A stretch of 30,093 bases of DNA from a virus (Duplodnaviria > Caudoviricetes), in IMG/VR virus record IMGVR_UViG_3300025141_000506, positions 1 to 30,093 of that record; one strand, 5' to 3'. The stretch's first letter is position 1, and the number at the start of each line of letters is the position of its first letter. This document shows positions 8,885-17,292 of the stretch, piece after piece. The notes beneath the pieces were generated by a model. It was not told the DNA's origin, searched no databases, and was given only the letters and a program-made list of their open reading frames with translations. A program made the translations under genes and the position numbers.

Positions 8885-9367
8885 TTAAGAAGCATCAGAA
8901 GAGCTAGACAATCCAAAGAATTTCAGAACAACAGTAGTATCTGCCCCAGGATCTCCCGAAAGAACAACCTCTACTTCATCCGCAGTTGCTGTGGCTGCTG
9001 TAGTAGTTCCTCCAGACATTCCTAAAACGCCATTGCAAGGAAAAAATCCTTTGAATCCCACTGAGTTTACTGCAGCGGAAATACCGTCTACAAATCCATC
9101 CGTATCGGCATCTGTGCCTATGTCTTGTAAATTAACTGCATTAGATGCTGCTCCTGTAACTGCTACCATTACACCCATTGGTATAAAATTAGAAGGAATA
9201 CCAATAGCAGACTCTTTGCCTGTAGTAGCACCGTCAGCAACTGTAACTGTTGCTACATAAGTTTCCATAGACATTGTATTAGTAACTGCACCTGTTGTGC
9301 TATTAGTTATGATGGCATCGAAACCATCTTTGGACCGAACTGGTCCCGTAAATGTAGTATTAGCCAT
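8885..9367 (-). CDS. Capsid-associated (decoration/fibre-like) protein
   Basis: 160 aa, MANTTFTGPVRS..GF N-terminus typical of the gene just after the major capsid gene in this phage type. Ala/Thr/Gly-rich. Confidence 0.6.
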   Translation of the reverse strand: MANTTFTGPVRSKDGFDAIITNSTTGAVTNTMSMETYVATVTVADGATTGKESAIGIPSNFIPMGVMVAVTGAASNAVNLQDIGTDADTDGFVDGISAAVNSVGFKGFFPCNGVLGMSGGTTTAATATADEVEVVLSGDPGADTTVVLKFFGLSSSSDAS

Positions 9368-9373
9368 AATTTT

Positions 9374-9411
9374 CTCCTGTCTTGGCTAGTGTCAGCTTTC
9401 GCTGTCAGAAG
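9374..9411 (-). promoter_or_regulatory. Putative structured RNA leader sequestering the RBS of the 160-aa gene
   Basis: Minus strand CTTCTG-A-CAGC-GAAA-GCTG-ACACTAGCCAAGA-CAGGAG. It forms a GNRA-capped hairpin inside an outer CUUCUG/CAGGAG helix that includes the SD sequence. Confidence 0.4.
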
Positions 9412-9413
9412 TT

Positions 9414-9449
9414 AAAAAAAATTAAGGGAGGGTGTTAACCCTCCCTAAG
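9414..9449 (-). terminator. Rho-independent terminator after the major capsid gene
   Basis: AGGGAGGGT-TAAC-ACCCTCCCT perfect 9-bp stem followed by TAATTTTTTTT on the minus strand. Confidence 0.85.
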
Positions 9450-9451
9450 TA

Positions 9452-10360
9452 TTATGCAGCTCCTTCGGAACCAAAAACTCCACGCCAATCAGTCCAACCG
9501 AAAGAATATCTTTCACGAACTTTGTAGCGTACATTTCCTGTCTCGAAATCACCTTCCATGCCCTTCTTTAGAGGAGAGCGTTGGAACATTTTTAAGCCAT
9601 CAGGCACATCAGTCTTGACAAACCACTGATCAGAATCTGACAAACGCCTCATAACGTGATAACCCTTTGGCAGATAGCCACCGGAACGAATTGCGTTAAT
9701 GTCATTGTCAGCCGTAGATGTTCTCAACTGAGACTCTAGCAGACGTTCTGCAGTAAAGCTATATGCTGTTGGAATAACCAGCATTGTGCCTTGTGCAGCA
9801 ATCCGTAGACCACGTTCATCCTTCATATCAGCAATCTGAATTAGAATGGATTCCAATGATGTTTCGGAAAGATCGGCTGCAGTAGCCAGTGTGTTACTCT
9901 GATTTCCATTACGAGTAGTGTGAGCAGTGCTCAAAAGAACAACCCCATCACCACCTGTGTAACTAGAATCAGTTGCATTATTCAAAATATTAGCAGCCTT
10001 GATCTCCTTTGTAGAAGACATTGATCGTGCTAATGCTTTTGTGTAACGAGAAGAAATTGAACCATACTGACCATCCTCTTCTGCCTCTTCAGTGATACTG
10101 AAAGCCAAAGCCACTGTCTCATGCTGATAACGTGCAGTCCATTGCTGGCTACCCGAATCATATGCTACAGCAGCACCTTCATTTTTCACTGGAGCTGAAC
10201 CAAACCCTTCCAACAGGACATCTTCTTCAAATGCCTTTTGGGAAGTATTTGCTTCAAAAACCGCAGAATACTCCGGTGGATATTGATCATATTCAAGACC
10301 GAAAAGAGTATTCAGCCCTGGCTCAAGCATTTTTGCAAATTGTGCTCTATTCATTGCCAT
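9452..10360 (-). CDS. Major capsid protein (HK97 fold)
   Basis: 302 aa, LEPGLN.LFGLEY, S.KAFEE....GFG.A.VK.EG, ITEEA.ED, RY.KALARSM and KVRERYSFGW.DWRG.FGS.G motifs. Strong GGAGG RBS, followed by a terminator. Confidence 0.9.
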   Translation of the reverse strand: MAMNRAQFAKMLEPGLNTLFGLEYDQYPPEYSAVFEANTSQKAFEEDVLLEGFGSAPVKNEGAAVAYDSGSQQWTARYQHETVALAFSITEEAEEDGQYGSISSRYTKALARSMSSTKEIKAANILNNATDSSYTGGDGVVLLSTAHTTRNGNQSNTLATAADLSETSLESILIQIADMKDERGLRIAAQGTMLVIPTAYSFTAERLLESQLRTSTADNDINAIRSGGYLPKGYHVMRRLSDSDQWFVKTDVPDGLKMFQRSPLKKGMEGDFETGNVRYKVRERYSFGWTDWRGVFGSEGAA

Positions 10361-10376
10361 TGTTTATACCCTCCGA

Positions 10377-10928
10377 TTAAATGCCAGCACTGTCTTTGAG
10401 AAGGTGCTCATTGATAAGCACTTCCATGACAGCATTGGTTCCAAAGGCATTATCCGGTGCATCATGCAAAGCAATAATTTTTGCCGTTGCAGTACCTGCT
10501 GCCATTGTTCCTGAAATTTCAAATCCCGACTGTCCTGTAGTGGTCGAACCAGTTCCAGCGACAACATCAGCACAATTACCGATATTAGTCTGAGCTGGGC
10601 TACCAGCCGATTGCACTTTAAACACAGTGAAAGGATCATCGTAAATAAAAGCTATTATGTTTGTAGCAGTTGTGCCTGTCGGCCAATACTGACTGTAAAC
10701 ATAAGAACCATCCGAAGCGGTATAGCTTACCCCTGCAAATACACCAATATTGTTGACTTCAGTAGCAGTATGCGGTGTTAAAACGCCACCAGAAGTAACA
10801 ATACAGAGATCGCCTGTGAAAATATTTTCAGCCAGCGTACTCGTAATAGTGTACTTATTTGCTCGAGGTGCAAAACCACTCATAGTGCGAATTGGGACAA
10901 ACCCAAAAGCTGCATCTACATTTGCCAT
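10377..10928 (-). CDS. Capsid cement/minor capsid protein
   Basis: 183 aa, MAN.D.AFG..P, I..GD, GVF.G..Y, DDP...F..Q pattern, immediately upstream of the major capsid gene. Confidence 0.6.
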   Translation of the reverse strand: MANVDAAFGFVPIRTMSGFAPRANKYTITSTLAENIFTGDLCIVTSGGVLTPHTATEVNNIGVFAGVSYTASDGSYVYSQYWPTGTTATNIIAFIYDDPFTVFKVQSAGSPAQTNIGNCADVVAGTGSTTTGQSGFEISGTMAAGTATAKIIALHDAPDNAFGTNAVMEVLINEHLLKDSAGI

Positions 10929-10954
10929 TTTTCATCACTCCTTAGAGCTAAATA

Positions 10955-11434
10955 TTAATCATTCATGATCGATAAATCTTGACCACGACTCGTTGTTGTT
11001 TGCCTATCTTGCGATATTGGCAACCCCGAGCGACTTCCTAACGCATCCAGATCGTAACTGACGGATTCATTTTGTTCTGCGTTCTTACCAGAATAATAAT
11101 TCTTCATTGCTCTGTGTTTTTCCACAGGCATTTCGCACAACAACATTCCTTCAACGCCAATACAACCTGCCCACTGTCCATGATTAATAGTTGGGTATCT
11201 CTTATCTTTCACAGTATCTGCAGGGCGTGGTTCCCAGCCAGCTCGCATACGCTTGTACACGTTGTCTGGGGTATCCTTACCTTGAATCGAGGTAGCAATC
11301 CACCTTTGAACCATTCCCGGTCGAGGGTCGGGAGCGTCCAATAAAGAGGGTGGTTTCCATGCAGTTTCCTGCCGAGACTCTTCTTCTCGAATATTCTTTC
11401 TAACTTGATTTGCTCTTACGTTTCGTTTAGCCAC
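10955..11434 (-). CDS. Conserved head-module protein of unknown function
   Basis: 159 aa, W.PPS.LDAP.P..G...RWI, N...R.R.GWEP and I...G.LLC.MP.E motifs, between scaffold and capsid genes. Confidence 0.65.
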   Translation of the reverse strand: MAKRNVRANQVRKNIREEESRQETAWKPPSLLDAPDPRPGMVQRWIATSIQGKDTPDNVYKRMRAGWEPRPADTVKDKRYPTINHGQWAGCIGVEGMLLCEMPVEKHRAMKNYYSGKNAEQNESVSYDLDALGSRSGLPISQDRQTTTSRGQDLSIMND

Positions 11435-11436
11435 AA

Positions 11437-12324
11437 TTATCCCCTTCTATTCTGGTTACGGATTTCTGCTTCATATTTTTTAAGACCTTTTTCATCTGTA
11501 ATACCAAGCTCTCTTGCCATCCTAAGTTGATCTTGAGTTAAACGAACTCTATTACCCTTATAGCCTCCAGCCGAGCCACCAGCAGTAGGTGCGACAGGCG
11601 ATCTGCTTTTTGCTCTTTTTGGTGCTTTAGGTGATATTAGCTCAGGATAGATCTTTCGTAAACGATTATTTAATTCATCGTAATATTCTGACGATTCTTT
11701 ATCAAGCCCCTCCAAATCCAATTGGACATCAATTGCACGAGCTGCAGCCGTTTCTCTTTCAAAACCTGAGCCATTAAACCATTCATTTTCTCGCCACCAG
11801 GTCATTGCTTTTTTTGGAGGAGGATTATTATCTTCCTCTTCAACAGGTCGTCTTTGAGGCTGAGAGGGTGTTCGCATTTGTCTTTGTTGCAACTCATTAA
11901 CTCGAATTGCAGCCCTCATATCAGCTAACTGTTCTGAGAAATTAACTTGTGACTCCGTGTCACCTTCCTCAACAGCCTTTGTTAATGCAGCTTTAGTGTC
12001 ATTGTAGTGTTGCTGAAAATTGTTTTCAGCTTGATGCTGATTGCCTCTTTCCAGTCTTTCTAATCGAGCTTGAAACTGGGCGTTTTGTTCTTGCAATGCT
12101 GCTGTCTGTTGCTCTGCAGCCTTTCGCTCAGAAACCAGTTTTTTAATTCTTTTTTGAACTTTTGCCCCATAATTTACATCATTTAAATCAAGTTCCTTCT
12201 GCTCCGGCTCTTTCTGTTCTAATTCTTGATCTGTAACTTCTATTTGAAAATCTTCTGAAACAGCTTGTTTTTTTACTGTCTCTTCAATTTCCTGCTCTAC
12301 TTCTTTAATTTGATCTTCAGACAT
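11437..12324 (-). CDS. Capsid scaffolding protein
   Basis: Acidic N-terminus, VQKRI..L coiled coil, W...N.WF and C-terminal VRLT..Q...A..LG helix. Start set to ATG 12324 (AGGAGG RBS). Confidence 0.7.
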   Translation of the reverse strand: MSEDQIKEVEQEIEETVKKQAVSEDFQIEVTDQELEQKEPEQKELDLNDVNYGAKVQKRIKKLVSERKAAEQQTAALQEQNAQFQARLERLERGNQHQAENNFQQHYNDTKAALTKAVEEGDTESQVNFSEQLADMRAAIRVNELQQRQMRTPSQPQRRPVEEEDNNPPPKKAMTWWRENEWFNGSGFERETAAARAIDVQLDLEGLDKESSEYYDELNNRLRKIYPELISPKAPKRAKSRSPVAPTAGGSAGGYKGNRVRLTQDQLRMARELGITDEKGLKKYEAEIRNQNRRG

Positions 12325-12334
12325 AGCAATCCTC

Positions 12335-12700
12335 CTAATTGACATAAGAAGTTATCTCTGCACCTTCGGGAAGGATAGAGGTAACCTCGTCATCGTTTAA
12401 CAAAAGCATTTTCTGACCATTAACGATAAGTTTTTGCCCTGCGTACTTACCATAAGTCACTTTGTCACCAATTTTTGGAAAAAAATGTGATTTCCAAGAT
12501 TGCCCGGTATCTTTATCTCTATACGCAAGCTCTCCCTTGGCTAGAACTGTGCCATGAGCTGTTAAATACTCCTCAGCTTCTATGGCTTTAGTTGGAATTA
12601 CAATGCCACCTTGTGTACTTTTCTTTGGTTCATTTGGCTGGATAAGAACTTTCCAACCCATTGGTACTGGTAAATCATGTTGATGAGACATGTCATTCAT
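12335..12700 (-). CDS. groES: Phage co-chaperonin GroES (Cpn10)
   Basis: P.G.KVLI.P, T.GGI.IP mobile loop, GD.V.Y.KYAG and LLNDDEV signature. Confidence 0.9.
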   Translation of the reverse strand: MNDMSHQHDLPVPMGWKVLIQPNEPKKSTQGGIVIPTKAIEAEEYLTAHGTVLAKGELAYRDKDTGQSWKSHFFPKIGDKVTYGKYAGQKLIVNGQKMLLLNDDEVTSILPEGAEITSYVN

Positions 12701-12890
12701 CCTCTTCGTTTAATTTTTTAATCATTTCGTCAATGATGTCACAAGATTGTTGCAATCCTTCTGCCACCCCGACGTTCCTCGTATAGCCATCAAAATTGCC
12801 CATACGTCCTTCAACCATGTCACTTGCTATGGTTGTCTTCTGCTCCAGAAGCCTGGTCTTCACTATCCTCATTAACTCGGTTAGCGTCAT
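12693..12890 (-). CDS. Small helical conserved head-module protein
   Basis: 65 aa, Y...VG...GL motif, sits just upstream of phage groES and overlaps it. Confidence 0.65.
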   Translation of the reverse strand: MTLTELMRIVKTRLLEQKTTIASDMVEGRMGNFDGYTRNVGVAEGLQQSCDIIDEMIKKLNEEDE

Positions 12891-12957
12891 CCTTCACCTT
12901 TCCTGACAAGGAAACCCCTGTCACATGAACTTCAACTATATTTTCTTGTTTTTCCAT
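12820..12957 (-). CDS. 45-aa hypothetical, not in ORF track
   Basis: MEKQENIVEVHVTGVSLSGKVKDDANRVNEDSEDQASGAEDNHSK, AAGG upstream, bridges the gap between neighbours. Confidence 0.45.
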   Translation of the reverse strand: MEKQENIVEVHVTGVSLSGKVKDDANRVNEDSEDQASGAEDNHSK

Positions 12958-13057
12958 AAGCTACCTTCTTTTTTTTCACTGGTTTCTTTTTTTTCACATT
13001 CCCATATCTCATTTTGCCTCCTTTCGATATTAATGATGAAAATTGACTACGATTCAT
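12932..13057 (-). CDS. 41-aa very basic peptide, not in ORF track
   Basis: MNRSQFSSLISKGGKMRYGNVKKKKPVKKKKVAYGKTRKYS. ATG lies 1 nt after the upstream stop, and a second in-frame ATG at 13012 has a perfect AAGGAGG RBS. Confidence 0.65.
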   Translation of the reverse strand: MNRSQFSSLISKGGKMRYGNVKKKKPVKKKKVAYGKTRKYS

Positions 13058-13058
13058 A

Positions 13059-13709
13059 TTATATATTATTTTGCAAATTTAAATACTTCATTAACTTTTC
13101 TAACCTTTTTAACTGTAGTTGTGTAAATGCCCTCTTGTCCCATTGCCCCAAAGCACCTCTAAATATTCCAGCGTCATCTGAGATATTCTTCCATTGCTCA
13201 AAACTTCTTGTTTCTTTTGGCTGATTGGTGGTAGGGTTGGCTAAGTATCTTTTTTGACCTAACCCATCGACATAATAACCCCGACTGTAATCCCTGTAAC
13301 GCTTCCTCTGAGCCTCTAATTGACCTGGTGTTAATGACCCAATAAGTTGCTCATATGATTGCTTTACCGTTGGATCAGTCTTTATTGCTCCATGTGACAC
13401 ATAGTCTAATAACATGTCATACGGTGTTGTTTCTGGACTAAACACAGCTATAGCATCCCTGCCCTCTGTGCCTTCTGGTCTTCTTGGTTCATCGGCTGGA
13501 TAAAACTCCAAAAGACCACCGCCTATGTTTTCTATTTGTGGGTTATTAAGTATCTCGACTTTGTTTTTTTCTAGTATAGGATATTTTTCCAAAGCCATGT
13601 CTATAGCTTTTTGTCGCTTTAAATCTCCTATGCCTTGTAAGACACCAAAGTTTTTCTCTGTGCCATAGCTTTTGCGATTTAAGCTGTTTAAAAAATTAAA
13701 CACATTCAT
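13059..13709 (-). CDS. Hypothetical protein (possible internal virion/cargo protein)
   Basis: 216-aa ORF abutting both neighbours. No family recognised. Confidence 0.6.
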   Translation of the reverse strand: MNVFNFLNSLNRKSYGTEKNFGVLQGIGDLKRQKAIDMALEKYPILEKNKVEILNNPQIENIGGGLLEFYPADEPRRPEGTEGRDAIAVFSPETTPYDMLLDYVSHGAIKTDPTVKQSYEQLIGSLTPGQLEAQRKRYRDYSRGYYVDGLGQKRYLANPTTNQPKETRSFEQWKNISDDAGIFRGALGQWDKRAFTQLQLKRLEKLMKYLNLQNNI

Positions 13710-16361
13710 TTAATCAACTTGCTCCTCTTGATCTAGTGTCGATAAAGCTCCAGCCCCTGCTGTGGTGCCCACGGTAATATTAAATAAGGGCTGCCCTTCC
13801 TTGGCTGCTTCTTTCATCTCTGGAGTAATTTTAATCAGGGTTGTTTCAGGGGCAGCCATTACACCACTCGCTCCAAGTTCCGCATCAATTAATTCACTAT
13901 TATATTGTTTAGCGTACTTCTTTAAAAAACTAGGAATTTTACGATCATAAACCGTCTGATACATTTTTCTGTAAGCTCCTTCACGCCCTTCAACCATACC
14001 TGCACCCCATTTTGCAACCAAAGTTTCTGATTTAGGAACCATGACATAATCATAGCCTTCATCGACTGCCGTTTTCATAAGTTTCTTCAACGCCAACTCG
14101 TGCCAAGTATCTTGCCAAGGGTTGGGAATATTTGTTTCCGGTCCTTTTATTTGGTTTAATTTTTCTCTAGCGGAAGCTAAGTTGTCAGATAAACGATTTT
14201 CACCATAAAGACTAGAATATAATCTTGGAGAATAAGAGAACACTTTATCTAAATCACCAAAGAAATATTCAACACTTCGTATATGGTCTGTCAAAATATT
14301 AACTGAATTTGAAACGTCTAGTGGGGTCATTGGCTTATCAAAATCTTTTACCAAACGACTTATCCCCCCTATTACATGAGTTATATCGAGATTATTAGTT
14401 GTAACGAATCTATTGATTCTCTTTTCTAAGTTTGCCATAGAACCCAACTTATTAGATCTAAAATTTTCAAGTTCATCTGAAAAGTATCTAAGGTCATCTA
14501 ACAACGGAAGCACATCCGTTTCTATAATTTTTGTTCTTTGCCCCCATCTGCTGTTTGCCATTGAAAGATCTGATTGAATTTCATCACCGTATAAAACCTT
14601 GTTGCTTGCCGGAAGATCCCCCCTCGTTGTGGCAATAGGTCCATCCCAGTCAGAAGCCATCACACTCGACACCACCGTGTCATCTGTCCATGTAAAATGA
14701 TCTTTAAAATCTCCAACTTCAGGGGAAGTTATTAAAATCTCCCTGCGGTTAGGTTGAGTCCCCTGAACATTTACTTGATCCGTCAAAGCATACTCATGCA
14801 TCTGCTGTAAGCCATCATCCATACCTTCAAAAGAAACAAGCCCTTCATCTTGTAAATACATGCTTGTTTGTATTTGAGCTTCTGCTAAATTATCTTCACT
14901 AACGATGGCTTCCCCATCTGAACGCCTTAGCAAGTTCTCCGAAAGCATCCCATCACCTTCTCTTAACTGCCACTGATCATCTTCGCCACCTCGGAACAAA
15001 GTAAATTGTTCATCACCGTCTATTACCACAGGGACTCGTTGGTATGCCTGAGAAGGATCTTCATAATTTTCTCTAGCTATATCGTAAGCAATGGAATCAA
15101 TTTTATCTTCAAAATCTTGGGTATCTCCATCGACATCAATAAATTCTGTTTTGTTTTCATCAAAAGCCTTTAAAATTGCTGCCTTGTTAAAGGCTGCCTC
15201 TCGATCCAATTCCGGGCTTAGTGAATATCCTCCTGAAAGTTCTATTTCTAAAGAATCTCGAATATAATCTCTTCGTTCTGTTTTAATCTCCTCTTCAAAA
15301 AAATCTCTATGACCAACAGGCAAATCCTCAAAAGCCACCGTCTCAATTTCATTGAATAGAAGACCTTCTCCTCTCTGGTTATGCGAGCCGACAGGAAGTC
15401 CTGATGATTTATTTTCAACAACGTCAACCGTAAATCGCTTGTCATTAAGATGCTGTGCAAATTCTTCTTTAGTAAATTCAGAATCTAAATTCAGACCCAT
15501 TGCTTTTATTTCATTATTGAAGGATTTTACAGGATAGCCTTGTTTTACAGCCTGCGACCTCATCTCATCAACAAACTCTTGCCCGGTTCCCTTACCACGT
15601 TTAATTAAAGATATTGCCTCCTGCACAACGCTGTAAAACCCTTCTGGGTCAACTTCTCTTGGTCTTGGAGGAAGTTCAGCTAAAGCACCTTTAGGACCAT
15701 CAGGAACTATGTTAAGCCGATTTAATTGTGATAATTGTGACAGTGATCCTCTTAATTCTGTTGGTTTGAGTTTCTCTAAGAGATTTTTTGCAAACTCTTT
15801 TACAGCAGGATTTTTCAGAGTTTTTTTCATAGCTCTAGCCATTGGCAGACCCAGCCCAGTTGCCTCGACACCTGACAGCCCTAACTCAATAATTGGTAAA
15901 ATGGCTGAAGCAGGAGAAGGAATTCTCCCTTCATCAAGTTCTCTATCTATCTCTTTTAAATCTTGCTGAAGAGATTGACCAGAAAACACTAAACCAGCCG
16001 GAGTAAAGTCCAAAGCTCCAATACCACCTTGTGTTAAAGGTGCATTAATATCCCCAACTATGTACCGAGAAATATTTGCTGCTGTGTCGTAACCCGGTCC
16101 TGCCTTCATTATTAAATTACGAACAAAATCACGAGTCTTGTCTTGAGCAGTTCTGGGTGGCAATGCACTCCACTCCTGTAGACGTTCTGGTCCGGGTTCT
16201 GGTAAAAGTTGTAAATCTTTATGAGAGACATAGCCAGAGGCATAAGGTCCAACTTTATAGGAGGCTGTCCGAGGTTTGTATTTAGGAACTACAGATTCTA
16301 AAACCGGATCAATATATTCTTTGTGAAACCTAGAAACAGCTTCTGGTAATATCTTAGCCAT
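13710..16361 (-). CDS. Large polyvalent-protein-like / internal virion protein
   Basis: 883 aa. FYS......I....KGTG.EF, EIQSD and P..DTW.ELALK.L...A..EGYD motifs resemble domains in phage large polyvalent/injected proteins. Confidence 0.55.
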   Translation of the reverse strand: MAKILPEAVSRFHKEYIDPVLESVVPKYKPRTASYKVGPYASGYVSHKDLQLLPEPGPERLQEWSALPPRTAQDKTRDFVRNLIMKAGPGYDTAANISRYIVGDINAPLTQGGIGALDFTPAGLVFSGQSLQQDLKEIDRELDEGRIPSPASAILPIIELGLSGVEATGLGLPMARAMKKTLKNPAVKEFAKNLLEKLKPTELRGSLSQLSQLNRLNIVPDGPKGALAELPPRPREVDPEGFYSVVQEAISLIKRGKGTGQEFVDEMRSQAVKQGYPVKSFNNEIKAMGLNLDSEFTKEEFAQHLNDKRFTVDVVENKSSGLPVGSHNQRGEGLLFNEIETVAFEDLPVGHRDFFEEEIKTERRDYIRDSLEIELSGGYSLSPELDREAAFNKAAILKAFDENKTEFIDVDGDTQDFEDKIDSIAYDIARENYEDPSQAYQRVPVVIDGDEQFTLFRGGEDDQWQLREGDGMLSENLLRRSDGEAIVSEDNLAEAQIQTSMYLQDEGLVSFEGMDDGLQQMHEYALTDQVNVQGTQPNRREILITSPEVGDFKDHFTWTDDTVVSSVMASDWDGPIATTRGDLPASNKVLYGDEIQSDLSMANSRWGQRTKIIETDVLPLLDDLRYFSDELENFRSNKLGSMANLEKRINRFVTTNNLDITHVIGGISRLVKDFDKPMTPLDVSNSVNILTDHIRSVEYFFGDLDKVFSYSPRLYSSLYGENRLSDNLASAREKLNQIKGPETNIPNPWQDTWHELALKKLMKTAVDEGYDYVMVPKSETLVAKWGAGMVEGREGAYRKMYQTVYDRKIPSFLKKYAKQYNSELIDAELGASGVMAAPETTLIKITPEMKEAAKEGQPLFNITVGTTAGAGALSTLDQEEQVD

Positions 16362-16989
16362 CTTTCCCTTTCATATCTAAAGACATATTAGCAGAGAAAG
16401 ACCTTCTTTCTCCATCACCATAAAATGGATAAACGGTGTGGAATAACTCTGCTGGGAATATATACAAATCCCCGACCTTTGGCTGGGCACAAAGGTTTGC
16501 TGGGCATATTAATCCCGAACCGCCATGAATAAAGTCAATATATCCTTCTGTGGCATATTTCTTTTTAGTATTTTTAGTGTTTACTTCCTTAATACCTTCA
16601 GGAACTTTCAAATACAGCACACAGGAGAAACTGCTATTGGTGTGAAGGTGCGCCGGATTGTAATCATTCGCAAATGACCTTACGAACCAGGAATTATGAA
16701 TGGCAATTCGATCTGGTCGGCTTGTTATCTTTTCATTTCTCTCATTCATGTACTGTTCATATAAAGCAAAGGTTAAATTATATAGCAAACTTCCCAAAGA
16801 TTTTATCTGGTTAATATCGCATTTTAATTCTTCTTGAACATGACCCACCAAGTCCGTTGAGGCATCATGCTCTTCCACAGTCCTTTCATCGCAATGCTGA
16901 TTTAAATCATCAACAATTTTTTGCGGTACGTTGGCTTTTAGTATTCGAGGACCAAACGGTCTTAAAATATCAACCTTTATTTCGCTCAT
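16354..16989 (-). CDS. 2OG-Fe(II) oxygenase superfamily protein
   Basis: DYNP.H.H, S.V.YL.VP, P..G.LYIFP..L.H.VYPF and ERRS.S.N motifs. Start likely ATG 16989; the ORF track extends it to 17022. Confidence 0.85.
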   Translation of the reverse strand: MSEIKVDILRPFGPRILKANVPQKIVDDLNQHCDERTVEEHDASTDLVGHVQEELKCDINQIKSLGSLLYNLTFALYEQYMNERNEKITSRPDRIAIHNSWFVRSFANDYNPAHLHTNSSFSCVLYLKVPEGIKEVNTKNTKKKYATEGYIDFIHGGSGLICPANLCAQPKVGDLYIFPAELFHTVYPFYGDGERRSFSANMSLDMKGKDG

Positions 16990-17101
16990 TTTCGGTTTTT
17001 TCTGCTTTTTCAACTTTTTCACATTTTTGATGATCTTCTGCCTTTTGTTCAGGAACGATAACCTGAATCCGATATTCTGTTGGACCTAAAGAGTCAATCA
17101 T
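16970..17101 (-). CDS. 43-aa hypothetical, not in ORF track
   Basis: ATGA-coupled to the upstream gene. Reads MIDSLGPTEYRIQVIVPEQKAEDHQKCEKVEKAEKTENERNKG. Confidence 0.4.
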   Translation of the reverse strand: MIDSLGPTEYRIQVIVPEQKAEDHQKCEKVEKAEKTENERNKG

Positions 17102-17292
17102 ACCTGACCTCCTGAAAGAGTCATAGCAAGGATCTGCAGTACCTCTTGAAACCCTTTATCGAGTTTTTTAGCCAATTGAGCAAACTTTTTAGGGCTAATT
17201 TCACTCGAACTTATTCCCTTTTTTTCTAAAAAACTTTTTGCTGCTCTTATTTCTGCCTGTGCTACTTTTTTAATCGCCACTTTCTTTGACAT
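17098..17292 (-). CDS. Small basic helical protein
   Basis: 64 aa, Lys-rich, AGGAGG RBS upstream. Confidence 0.65.
   Translation of the reverse strand: MSKKVAIKKVAQAEIRAAKSFLEKKGISSSEISPKKFAQLAKKLDKGFQEVLQILAMTLSGGQV

Noticed and set aside
10364-10639. Alternative-frame minus-strand ORFs nested in larger genes (also 448-738, 15248-15460, 21861-22046, 22425-22631, 22866-23048, 26564-26812)
   Set aside because: They lie almost entirely within better-supported genes and have no RBS or motifs.
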